From contig AP026145.1 in assembly GCA_030295235.1 (NCBI GenBank), positions 434,001 through 498,000 of the forward strand: DNA of 64,000 bases, written 5' to 3'. This stretch comes from Fistulifera solaris. Lineage: Eukaryota. The notes under the pieces are model-generated. The model did no database searches, had not been told where the DNA came from, and saw nothing but the letters and a program-made list of their open reading frames with translations. This document shows, one piece after another, positions 1 through 10,755 of this stretch. Positions within the stretch are counted from its first letter, which is position 1. Every line of letters begins with the position of its first letter. The position numbers were made by a program, and so were the translations under genes.

Positions 1-1112
1 CGTGATTTCACGTGGCTCTCGTAGGAAATTTATCGACAGAGGGGGAATCCGGAGATCGTGCAATTTCGATCACACCATTATTCGCTTCGTTTGGACACCA
101 ACACCAATGGCACCAGTACTTTGTGCACCGTATTTGCTTCGTGTCAGGAAGCAATAACATCATCCGACTTGAAAAGAAAACGTCGGTGGAACGAATGATG
201 CGACGTTCGAATGTCTACGTGATTTCACGTGGCTCTCGTAGGGAAATTTATCGACAGAGGGGGAACCCGGAGATCGTGCAATTTCGATCACACCATTATT
301 CGCTTCGTTTGGACACCAACACCAATGGCACCAGTACTTTGTGCACCGTATTTGCTTCGTGTCAGGAAGCAATAACATCATCCGACTTGAAAACAAAACG
401 TCGGTGGAACGAATGATGCGACGCTTCGAATGTCTACGTGGTTTCACGTGGCTCTCGTAGGGAAATTTATCGACAGAGGGGGAACCCGGAGATCGTGCAA
501 CTTCGATCACACCATTATTCGCTTCGTTTGGACACCAATGGCACCAGTACTTTGTGCACCGTATTTGCTTCGTATCAGGAAGCAATCAAATCATCCGACT
601 TGAAAACAAAACGTCGGTGGAACGAATGATGCGACGCTTCGAATGTCTACGTGATTTCACGTGGCTCTCGTAGGGAAATTTATCGACAGAGGGGGAACCC
701 GGAGATCGTGCAATTTCGATCACACCATTATTCGCTTCGTTTGGACACCAACACCAATGGCACCAGTACTTTGTGCACCGTATTTGCTTCGTATCAGGAA
801 GCAATCAAATCATCCGACTTGAAAACAAAACGTCGGTGGAACGAATGATGCGACGCTTCGAATGTCTACGTGATTTCACGTGGCTCTCGTAGGGAAATTT
901 ATCGACAGAGGGGGAACCCGGAGATCGTGCAATTTCGATCACACCATTATTCGCTTCGTTTGGACACCAACACCAATGGCACCAGTACTTTGTGCACCGT
1001 ATTTTCTTCGTATCAGGAAGCAATCAAATCATCCGACTTGAAAACAAAACGTCGGTGGAACGAATGATGCGACGCTTCGAATGTCTACGTGATTTCACGT
1101 GGCTCTCGTAGG
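1..1112. repeat. Tandem repeat array, family A, ~219 bp unit, just over 5 copies, probably continuing past the left edge of the window
   Basis: Units start with CGTG(A/G)TTTCACGTGG at 1, 218, 437, 650, 869 and 1088 (periods 217, 219, 213, 219, 219); copies near-identical. Confidence 0.98.
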
Positions 1113-1576
1113 ACAACAGTTTTTTCCCGCGTGCACTCTCCTGCCTGTCATTGTGTGGATCTCCTTCTATTTCAGTCTTCCTTTTGTTATAGATTTTATT
1201 GTATCCTTCTTCTGGTTTTGTTTTTGTTATTGCTTTTGTTGTGTCAATTGGCCATTCAAAGCGCAGGCTCAACATTTCCAAGACCGATTTCAGTCATGAC
1301 CAAAAATGGTAATTAGTGCTCTCGTCTTTCTCACTTCCCCGCGATCATCAACTTTCCCATGCAAACAGATGTTTCATACTAGCTGCTTTTAATATGTCGA
1401 TGTACATAGCAATCGTTATACGCCTCTTGCTTATCAAATGCTCATCTGCCATTTAAGTTTAAGCTCGTCAAACTAGTTTAGATCATTCAGTTTTAGTTAT
1501 CTACCTTGTACTCCTGATATTTGATCTTTCCCATCTTCCATTCCACCAACTTGTACTCATCATGGCGAAATCCTTC

Positions 1577-2041
1577 TTACCACCAACCCAGCATACCAGC
1601 CGCAACGGAAATAGTGGCAAAAATAGATCCAAAATAACCAATAAACTTGATAGCCCCACCTTTCGCGTAACGTGCCATCTTGACATCCTTACCCATGTCT
1701 TTGTATCCCAACAAGTAAAGATAACAACCCGCACTATATAGGACGGAACACGCGGTGCAAGTAATCGGGTGACGCAGACCACCAATCAAATTTGCAATCG
1801 CAAACGTTCCGAGAGATTCAAACATGTTCTGATGACCGCGCTGGACGCGATTGAATTCGTCCGCACGCTTGTGAAAACCCGGTGTCGCGTACAGATTCGG
1901 GTACGGAACATCGCATTCCTTGCGGGCCGTCATGACGGAACCGCCCATGATGGTAGGAACAAGAAACATACTTCCCACAACGGTAGAAAGAATCACGTAG
2001 CCGTAGTTATCGGGGACAGTAATAGTAATAGAGACTGTCAT
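1577..2041 (-). CDS. MGST3: MAPEG family microsomal glutathione S-transferase 3-like
   Basis: 154 aa intronless ORF with YGYV, ARKECDVPYPNLYA, FNRVQRGHQNMFE and GGLRHP motifs and hydrophobic helices typical of MAPEG/MGST3. Confidence 0.9.
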   Translation of the reverse strand: MTVSITITVPDNYGYVILSTVVGSMFLVPTIMGGSVMTARKECDVPYPNLYATPGFHKRADEFNRVQRGHQNMFESLGTFAIANLIGGLRHPITCTACSVLYSAGCYLYLLGYKDMGKDVKMARYAKGGAIKFIGYFGSIFATISVAAGMLGWW

Positions 2042-2190
2042 GCTGTTGTTTGTTCAAAGATGTCAACAATACTTGTTATAAGTATTGTCCTGAAAGGTCT
2101 AGCGAGTTGCGAGACCTATGCACCGCGTTGCAAGCACGCGGCGAATTTTTTTTGCAAGAAGCACGAAGAATTCATTCATTCGACGTCACA

Positions 2191-2860
2191 TCTCATGACT
2201 GAAATCCAGTCTTGTCGAAAACGGACCACACTTTACGCTATAGTAAAATGAGTTGAACAATCCAGGATCATTTCAAACTGATTGCGCATGTATTGCATCA
2301 GCTCTAATGAACATTCGACATCATTAAAATAGATTTATGAGAAAGATACTTGCCCTTGCAAATTATGAGCAACACAGAAGCAGGCGATACTTCACGTCTC
2401 CTGACTGAAATCCAGTCTTGTCGAAAACGGACAACACTTTACGCTATAGTAAAATGCGTTGAACAATCCAGGATCATTTCAAACTGATTGCGCATGAATC
2501 GCATCAGCTCTACTGAACACTCGACATCATTAAAATAGATTTATGAAAAAGATATCTACCCTTGCAAGTTATGAGCAACACAGAAGCGGGCAATACTTCG
2601 TGTCTCGTGACTGAAATCCAGTCTTGTCGAAAACGGACAACACTTTACGCTATAGTAAAATGAGGCGAACGATCCAAAAAAATATTATTGCGACGCCAGT
2701 TCCTCAAGTTTTTTTACCCTAGATGTAAAAAGCTAATTCATTATTTTTCAGTGAACAAAAAACGTAGAAAAGAGGGATTGCGATTGACCGTTGCGGAAGC
2801 GAAAATCACAATGAAGACGAGACTTTTTCTCATGACGATGTGGTAAAATCCTGTCTGGGG
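2191..2860. repeat. Tandem repeat array, family B, 206 bp unit (~2.3 close copies plus one degenerate head)
   Basis: TGACTGAAATCCAGTCTTGTCGAAAACGGAC at 2196, 2402 and 2608 (period 206); degenerate head TCATGACGATGTGGTAAAATCCTGTCTGG at ~2830. Confidence 0.93.
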
Positions 2861-3103
2861 AACATTGACCGACAATGAAACTCTTTCACCTGCAACTGCA
2901 ACTTCAGCTTATCTAGAATCTCATAAAGTGGACGGTTGGAAGTTCACTGCAAGATATTATTCTGAATGATAGTGTAGGGAACGAAACTGTCATAATATAG
3001 TCCACGGTACTTTTTTTGAAACAGAGGTGTGCATTCCCCTTTTCGCGGCCGTGTCTTCGGAGATAATATTAAAGACAGTAATGAATGAAAAATCTAGTAC
3101 AGT

Positions 3104-3844
3104 TTACAGTTCCGTGAGATAGACAGGTTCACGTCGGACGGTCGTCCCATTTTGCTCCATATTTATGGGATGTACTTGACCTGGTTTCGACGACAGGGTC
3201 TCTACTTGTTCCAGTAGTAAGCGCATAGAAGGGGAGTATTGCTTTGGTGGGGATTGTTCATCGATCTCGTCCTGCACAGGCACCTTTCGTTCTTTGGTGG
3301 GGCTAGTTGATTCGGGAGGCATGAGGACAGGAGCCCGGGGAGGCATGACATTGTCGGCCAAGACGGCTACGGAAAGATCTTTCGGTACGTGGTGCTCCTT
3401 TTTCGAATTCATCAAAGAGACCGGCAACGGAATGGTTAACACCGATTTTCCTCCGGTGGCTGTACTGCGAGATGCCGCACTGTCCATGACCGAACTCGCG
3501 GAATCGTGCGGGAGATTGTCGGTGTTGTCGATAGTTGGTTTGTTGCTTTTCACGTGTACTTTCTTTTGTAGAAGAGTGGAACGGATGATCATTGTGACGA
3601 TCACGCATGTGCACAGTAAGAAAGCGGCTACCATGGCAATGATAGCAAGATATATAAAGAGCTCTTTGTTGTCCTTTCCGTCATCTTCTTGTCCTTGCTG
3701 AGTGCCAAAGATATCAGGGTTGTTGTGGACGGAAAGATCAATGGGTTGCGCTTGAAGACTCTCGGGTGCGTCTTCTTCGAGACGTCGGTGGACGCCATGG
3801 AGAAGAGTTTCGGAATATCCGCGGAGCCTTCTTAATTCAACCAT
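3104..3844 (-). CDS. Hypothetical single-pass membrane protein
   Basis: Long ORF; likely start MVELRRLRG at 3844; one strong TM helix (LFIYLAIIAMVAAFLLCTCVIVTMII) followed by a low-complexity S/P-rich tail. Confidence 0.6.
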   Translation of the reverse strand: MVELRRLRGYSETLLHGVHRRLEEDAPESLQAQPIDLSVHNNPDIFGTQQGQEDDGKDNKELFIYLAIIAMVAAFLLCTCVIVTMIIRSTLLQKKVHVKSNKPTIDNTDNLPHDSASSVMDSAASRSTATGGKSVLTIPLPVSLMNSKKEHHVPKDLSVAVLADNVMPPRAPVLMPPESTSPTKERKVPVQDEIDEQSPPKQYSPSMRLLLEQVETLSSKPGQVHPINMEQNGTTVRREPVYLTEL

Positions 3845-4640
3845 TTTGTTACTTGCGCACCTCCTCTTCCTCTGAGACTGTTGATGAATATTTTCACTCA
3901 ACGTGATCAATCAATGCCGTCTTTTGTGCTTTCGAGACAACGATTCCTGTCAAGAAACAAACAGCATACACTTAGATTGCTTTTATTGGAGTCGTAAAGA
4001 CAGTATCACGAACGATCGATTGGTGGAACGAATGAAAGGGAGGCAAATGAAAAATTTCATCCTCTCCGCCGCGCGCTACACCGCCAATGAAACACGCAAA
4101 TTATGCCACCACGGATCTTTGCAACGGAAATTTCGAGCCTAATTGGCTGAAAAATAGACGTTGAGGCGTGTATACGGTATTGAATTGTTAGTACACCTCA
4201 CTATCGAAGATTTGTTTCGTGGACTAACGTTGGAGAATGCGTCGTAGCATTGCGGCGACGCGACACACGCGACACGCGCGCGAACCCTACAACCTCAAAC
4301 CTCAACTCTAAATAAAAGCATACTCTCTTTGAATTGTATTGGGCCTTTTAGACGGCCTAAGTAAAATGGCGCGCCAGTTTCGGTAGTTAGACAACGAACA
4401 GCAGTTACGTACAAGTATCCTGTTTAACTACTTAGCTGAGTACCGTTACGAGTTTATGGCACGAGTCATTGAAGAAGACACATGGTCGGAAGTTTTCGGT
4501 CACTTTTGTCTTTTGTTGCATGATGGGTCTTTTTGGCTTTCGGATTTTGACACACACCCTCTCATTCATTATCTTCTTCCAGAGTTTGCGAACCTTTTAC
4601 CCGACTAACAACCTTTGTCTTACCAATAAAGTGTATCAAG

Positions 4641-5345
4641 ATGCTCTCAAAGCTGACTGTTCTCGCACTAGTAGCTGCTGTCGCTCGAGCCGAAAGGTTT
4701 CAGTTCAATTACAACGAAGCTGTTCCGTACGTAGAAAACCAACACGGTCAGCGCTTCATGCAAGTAACCCAGCCAGAATGCAACCCTGCTGGTTCTCTCT
4801 TTATCTGTGATAACGTCGGAACGACGGTGCGAAATACCGCAGGCAACCTGGTAGCCATCACTGCTACTTTAGTGTGCCCTTTCTCTCCGTTGATTCAGGT
4901 CGATTTCCGACAGGCCGAGGGCTGCAGCTGTGAGGCACAAGTTGCCACGGCGGACGGGGGATTTAAAAAGTGCGCTTGCACTCTATGCCCGGCTGGTTAT
5001 GGGGATAATCCCATCAGTATTGATTGTGATATGAGCAACACGACGGATACCAACATGACGGATGCCAACGCGACGGGCGTTGATGCCGAGAACGAAATGG
5101 AAGCCGTCGACCCCTTTATTCTTGACTCGTGCACGAGCTTTGACTGTGATTTCAGATGCAATGGCACTTGCAAGTTCGGATGCGACGAAGTTCCTTTGCC
5201 AGAGGAGTGCTTCGAACTGTGTGGAACACCTCAACCCACTGGGGCGCCCGCCGGTGGTGCTGCTCAACCGACCTCGGGTGCCCCAACTCTTTCCAGCATG
5301 CCGTTCTTTGTTTTCAGTTCATTTTTTATGCTGATCAAATACTAG
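4641..5345 (+). CDS. Secreted cysteine-rich protein, possibly GPI-anchored
   Basis: Signal peptide MLSKLTVLALVAAVARA, many Cys (CSC, CACTLC, CDFRCNGTCKFGC), P/T/G-rich linker and hydrophobic C-terminus. Confidence 0.7.
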   Translation: MLSKLTVLALVAAVARAERFQFNYNEAVPYVENQHGQRFMQVTQPECNPAGSLFICDNVGTTVRNTAGNLVAITATLVCPFSPLIQVDFRQAEGCSCEAQVATADGGFKKCACTLCPAGYGDNPISIDCDMSNTTDTNMTDANATGVDAENEMEAVDPFILDSCTSFDCDFRCNGTCKFGCDEVPLPEECFELCGTPQPTGAPAGGAAQPTSGAPTLSSMPFFVFSSFFMLIKY

Positions 5346-5567
5346 TCTTCTCAAAAAGAACTAGCTTATATTGTTTCGTCGCGATTTAAACAATACAAAA
5401 CAATTATCCGCCTATAGTATTGTTGCAAGAAATGAGAAACGTTTTGACCGCTAATAAATACGGGGTAGTAGTACACAGGGCGTTGTTAGCTATTTACAAT
5501 ATTGACTTTATAGTCTTTCCAGCTGTATCTATTTTCGGTTTCTCTCGCTAAATGGACGGCGGCATGG

Positions 5568-7766
5568 CTAGTGCTGTGGAATAGGCAGCACCATGAGATC
5601 CCAAGCTGCAGCAACTTGAGTTTCATTCAGACCGGACGCCTTCATAGCTTGCATTTCGATTCGCATCATAATCGATAAACTGTCCACAGAAACATCACCC
5701 TTGTAGCGAGCTGAAAAATGATTCAAAATGAGTCTTTTGCCGTTGACAGCTTTGCAAAAGGCTCCGGCAATCTGTGGAGTAGAGTGCCCGTGTGTTATGG
5801 CGTCTCGTGTAACTTCTCGAAATGAGGTATCTTTGTCAACGCCTTGTAAGTAAGCATTTGTGGCTTCGTGGATAATGACGTCTGCGTTCAGTGCCAAACC
5901 TCGCAATGCGCGACTATCAGCAGTATCACCGCAAATAACAACCTTTCGACCCTGTCGCGGTGCTTCTACGGCATCCTCATGCGTCACAACTGTACCGTCG
6001 GGAAAGGTAAACGCGCCCCCCTGGAGGAAGGTTTTTGATAACAGCCATGGCTTTCATTGGCGCTTTAAACCCAGCCTGCTTCAGAGCAGCTATATTCCTT
6101 TTCACAATGGGCTCTACGTACTCGTTCTTTAATCGTCCTGGTCGTGATAACTCTTCAACTACGTATCCCACACACGGAATTCCGTGGCTCATGGGGGCGG
6201 CGAAAACCTTCACGTCCCCCTCATCCTCTACTTCCCACACCGGAGCACCGTCATAGGAACGTGGATGATTATAGATCGGATAGATACTTCTGCCACCTTC
6301 GACTTCTGAAAAGAAAGGAGAAGGTTCAAGGCTCATTCGGTTGGCTTGTGAAATCCAACTAATCGGGTCTTCACCTGCCAAACCCTTTGTGCCCCATTGA
6401 GCCCCCCTGGTTGGACACGCGGTATTCATTATGAAAGTAACGGCGAAATCTAGGTCGCAGTTCCCATTCGGGTGCCATGGGAACATCCATTATCTCGTGG
6501 ACTCGATAAGGTGGAACTATACGACTAATGGAGTAGCGAATGGCAATACGAAGCCACATGCGCAATCCTTCAGGGCCATATATTTCTACGGGAGGGCGAT
6601 CTGTTTCGCGATCCCGATCTTGTCCCATTAGACAGAGCAAGCCAACGAGACCGAGTGTATGGTCTTTGTAAAGAAACAAACAATTAGTGATCATTATTCA
6701 CGAAGAACTGGCAGCTTCAGGTACATACCTCCATGTGCGTGTGTTAAAAATATTTTTGTGATCTTGCTCGGTTTTATAGCGGAAGAGCGTTGTACTTGAA
6801 GCTGTGTTGATATTCAGCAAGTGTGAGTCTATAACTGTTGCGACTTACAAGACACTACGAGACGGTGCAAATGCATCGGAAGTTATAAAAAAGATGATTA
6901 TCAGCACGGACACAGAGAACAAATGAGTGTCTCAGACTGGTGCCAGCATCGGTGTTTCGTCACATGCGAAGTCAACAAAACGAAAGCTACAAATATTATG
7001 AACCTACCTGAGTACATTCACCAACATCAAACAACCAAGTACCACCATAAAATGTACTGGACTGATCTCCATCGTTGGACGCCCCGAACGCACCGCGCGG
7101 TCTCCAATTCAATCGTAAAGCGGTGCAAGAAACACCTCGGGTCACTCCCGGTGTACAACTCGCCGTTCCGACGAAAACGACATCCATATCGGAGGATGCG
7201 ACGCTGTTTCGAAAAATAGGGTGATTCAACTGACGGATATCCTCCGCGGGTGTGGTCGCCACCGGCTCGGGGGCATCACGGGTCATCGGATATCGCTCGT
7301 AGACTCTCTCAAAGATGGCGTCTTTCGGTGAGCCTGTAGTTTTCATCAAAGAGGGCTGTTCCCGAAGCAGCTGCGATGCAGCACGAGACTCTATTTCATC
7401 GTTCTGAAGATCTGTCATTTCTTGCTCCATTGCGACAGTGCTGTTGCTTACTGACGGTGATTGGGCTCGGTTATGGTTGTCTTCCAAGTAAGCAATTAAG
7501 TCTTGTTTTTTCTTGAGGCTAGAAAGAACTCCACGTTCAGCTGAAGATTGCTTGACAAGTTCTCTTAACTCTTTGACTGTCAGTCCGCTCAACGCGGCCT
7601 GTAACCGTGAAGAGCTTTGGATCCGTCGAAAGCGATGCTGGCTGTGAAATGCATGAGTAGTGTAGGGAGATAGTAGAAGCGCTAGACCTAGTTGCAAGGT
7701 AATTGCGACTCTTGATCGTTTTTCTTCCGACGAGTCTGGTATGCGTGTCGAAACTTCGTGTTTCAT
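5568..7766 (-). CDS. tRNase Z (short form, metallo-beta-lactamase fold), probably plastid-targeted; spliced, ~2 apparent frameshifts
   Basis: Motifs FVGTASCTP, WLFDVGECTQ, IFLTHAHG/DH (split by an intron at ~6665-6730), IYGPEGL, SHGIPCVGY, ICGDT, IHEAT, HGHST, LNHFSARY, AAWD. Intron at ~6804-7007; frameshifts near 6400 and 6015. Confidence 0.9.
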
Positions 7767-8445
7767 CAGCGACCATAACAGACACGGCGGATGATTCGTC
7801 GAACAGATGATGATGGCAATGTCGAGAAACTACGTTTCGCTCACGACAATTTAAAGTAGCGTTCGGGTGACGAATTGCTGTCTCTTTGCAAATCGTTTAT
7901 TTCGATCGGTAATTCCGACAATTTTAAGTCAATGACGATAAAGAATATAAGCAACAATCTTTGTATGTATTGATCAATGAGGGGTCCGAGTCAGCGGTTG
8001 GTCGTCAACGTTTGTTGTTGTGAACACTTGGCTGCAAAGAATTGATTGCACGGTCTACAGAAGTCCGTCGGCAGGTCACCCGTTACTGTAAAGGAAACTC
8101 TAAACTACTATGTCGCAACAGGATCTTTGTCTGTAGTAAGTTTTACTCTTTCTGGCACACCGGTACCGCATTCGTTTTCGGACGAGCTGTTGGTTATTAT
8201 TGGGCCCCCACATTTTTTCGTTTTGCTCACACGACAAAAACTTCAAACGTGCGTTTCTTCATCGATCGTATCAACATGCGTCGTCATCGTCGCGTCTGTT
8301 TTCATTCTTTGAAATCGTGCATCGGCACACGGCGGTCGGAGTACTACTCACATGAACTATTCCCCATCACACTTGGAGGGGCCATCTATTGATAAAACTA
8401 TTACAACAAAGAAAACGTGGTCTCGATTAGTCAAACCGTTTTGAC

Positions 8446-8916
8446 ATGAAAGACCAATCATCCTCGCGATGGACGAATATGCCGTTGCGTCTGCCGAATC
8501 ATGACAACGGCGAATTAAAAGAGAATTACCTCCGAGCAACATTGTTTTCTACATCCACAATGGACGATTTATCGAGCAAAGTCCTTACAAACAGAATGGA
8601 CGTTGTATCCAGGAATAGCGACCAACAATCGTTTCTCGGCACCATTGCTTCTTCGCTATCCGATGACGAGGACGAAGTAGCAGTTCCGAATGAGATTGAG
8701 TTTATGGCAATATCCAGGCAAATGTCAAACGATTCCGATTGCACTTGGCACGACCATGTGGGTGAAAAAGATCTTGTGGGCTTACAATTCGTCACTGAAG
8801 ACGTTTCCGAAGTCGCTCAGGAGTCCATGTCGCTCCAGTCAGTCCGCTCAGTAACTCTCACACACATTGATAGCACGACGATGAGCGATTACAGTTCATC
8901 CGCAGAGACATATTGA
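8446..8916 (+). CDS. Hypothetical acidic, Ser-rich protein
   Basis: 156 aa ORF with protein-like composition; no recognised domain. Confidence 0.4.
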   Translation: MKDQSSSRWTNMPLRLPNHDNGELKENYLRATLFSTSTMDDLSSKVLTNRMDVVSRNSDQQSFLGTIASSLSDDEDEVAVPNEIEFMAISRQMSNDSDCTWHDHVGEKDLVGLQFVTEDVSEVAQESMSLQSVRSVTLTHIDSTTMSDYSSSAETY

Positions 8917-9031
8917 TTCATGATTGTTTATCTTTGTACGGATGTCCACCTCTTCTTTAGAGGATAAACTAGAATTCAATTTGATACAAACGAGACAAAC
9001 ATCTACTTCTTAGGTATTCTACTACTCTCGC

Positions 9032-10181
9032 TTAGATGCTTTTGAAGCCACACAACGTATAAAGAGCTTCAATGGTCAACAACTGAAGCGTCGCTTGTGG
9101 AGCGAATCGCGCCCAGATCGGAACGAAGCCTCTCCACAGAGACAAAACACCGTCGGCTTGCACTGTTTTAGTCAAGCAGTCTGAGAAACCGTTATAAAGC
9201 TTCTTATCCGTAGGCTGGTTCATGAGTTTAGTGCGAAGCATCTTGAACGAAAGAAAAAGACGTAAGACGTCCCATTCTGAAATAAACTGCTTTCGACGCT
9301 CACTCGTAACTTACATCCCAGGGCGCTACTGTGCAAGTCATAAAGAATCCCGCAATGAAGGCTGCAGCAAACGAAGTTCGAACTTCCTTTCTCGACCATC
9401 CCGTATAGTCACAAACGTATCCCTTGGAAATATCGTAAACTCCCATTTTCGTGGCATTTAGAACGCAAGCGCGCATGATATTGACCTCAACACCACGATA
9501 GAATCCGGCAATGCCCTGGTCTCTGTACATGTTTCCTACCAATTCCGAGAGTCCGGCTTTTCCAGTGTTCGTTTGCGCCAATGTCTTGAGCACATCAAAT
9601 GGCTTTTCAAGTCAATTGATAATTCAAAATGGCTGATGAGACTAATCTGCGAATAAACTTTTTGACTAGCAAATTTTCCCACTTACATTTCCGGCAACCG
9701 ATCCCACGCCACCCGTAATGGCCCCTGCCAAGAACTTCATGTAAAGGGAGAATCCTTTCCGGCACCCAGAGCATCTCGCACTGGCGCGTAAGCACCGAGT
9801 TTGATGCTAGTATAGCTCATTTCACGCTGAATGAAAATAATAAAGTGAATGAGATTGATGAGTGGGCGGTTTTCGCTTTCGCTTTCGCTCGCTATCTACT
9901 TACACCGTACGCAAACGCCAGTCCCTTCCAAAAGGCCGCGATTCCTTCGTTTCGCATGACGCCCTTACATGTTTCGACGATACCCAAGCCAGAGGCTTGA
10001 ATGCGAACTTTCACCAACTCCAATGGATGCTTTAAGGCCGCAACGCGTGAGTGAATGATGATGAGGCTGACCCACAAAAAGGGCAACGACGACGACGACG
10101 TACCGTAAAGTTCACGGCAAACATGGCGGCGCTTCCGCCCAGTGCCATCGACTGAAACAAACTGGGTTTGATATCCGACAT
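9032..10181 (-). CDS. Mitochondrial carrier family protein (oxoglutarate/dicarboxylate/UCP-like), 5 exons
   Basis: Start [10 protein letters not shown] at 10181; three carrier signatures ([30 protein letters not shown]) and WKG/YRG/WRG motifs; four short GT-AG introns. Confidence 0.9.
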
Positions 10182-10755
10182 GTTGTAGCACGAACCCCTT
10201 CTTCAACTATTGCTCCAACAACTACTAGAGCTTGGACGCTTCTTTCGGTCGACTCAATGGATGTCTTTGAAGCGGAAGATTCTGTTTTTGCAAGGAGGCA
10301 GAAAGCGAACAATGGACGAGGACGCGAAAGGACTTCTCGTCGTTGTTGCAGTTGGAGACTCTAAAACGTGTACTCTCCGCAGGAAAGTGGTATCCCATCT
10401 GTCATAAAGACACTTAACTTGACCGCTGCGACGTCCGTACGGGACTGAACATTGGGTCTTGTCTCGCTCGGAACAAAGTAAAGCCTTTTACTCCGTAATC
10501 CGTTATCCGTATCATGAATTCCGGCATCAACAGAATACAAATCGCTAGACAGTTCGAATAATTAGCGACTTTGACTAAAAACGATGTAATGAATGGATCT
10601 GTATTGAATGAAGGACGTTATAAGCCACAACAATGAGAGACACCGCCATAGTTTTCCGACAAAATATGAGTTCATTGCGTGAATTCAACATTATTTTAGT
10701 GCTCTCTATATCAGCACCACTGTACGCTCGTCTTATAAGACTCGGTCAATGCAAC

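Noticed and set aside
1..1112. CRISPR-like interpretation of this and the other arrays
   Set aside because: Whole units are repeated with no unique spacers, no cas genes are present and the context is eukaryotic.
12..1316. Repeating 63-141 aa ORFs on both strands of the family A array
   Set aside because: By-products of a 219 bp period; indels and stops vary among copies and the frames are not kept in the 33.5 kb copies.
4022..4035. 14-mer GGTGGAACGAATGA identical to part of the family A unit
   Set aside because: Similarity does not extend on either side; one such match is plausible by chance.
4255..4312. CG-rich run followed by AACCCT/AACCTC-like motifs resembling telomere repeats
   Set aside because: Only one exact AACCCT; too short and degenerate to call an interstitial telomere.
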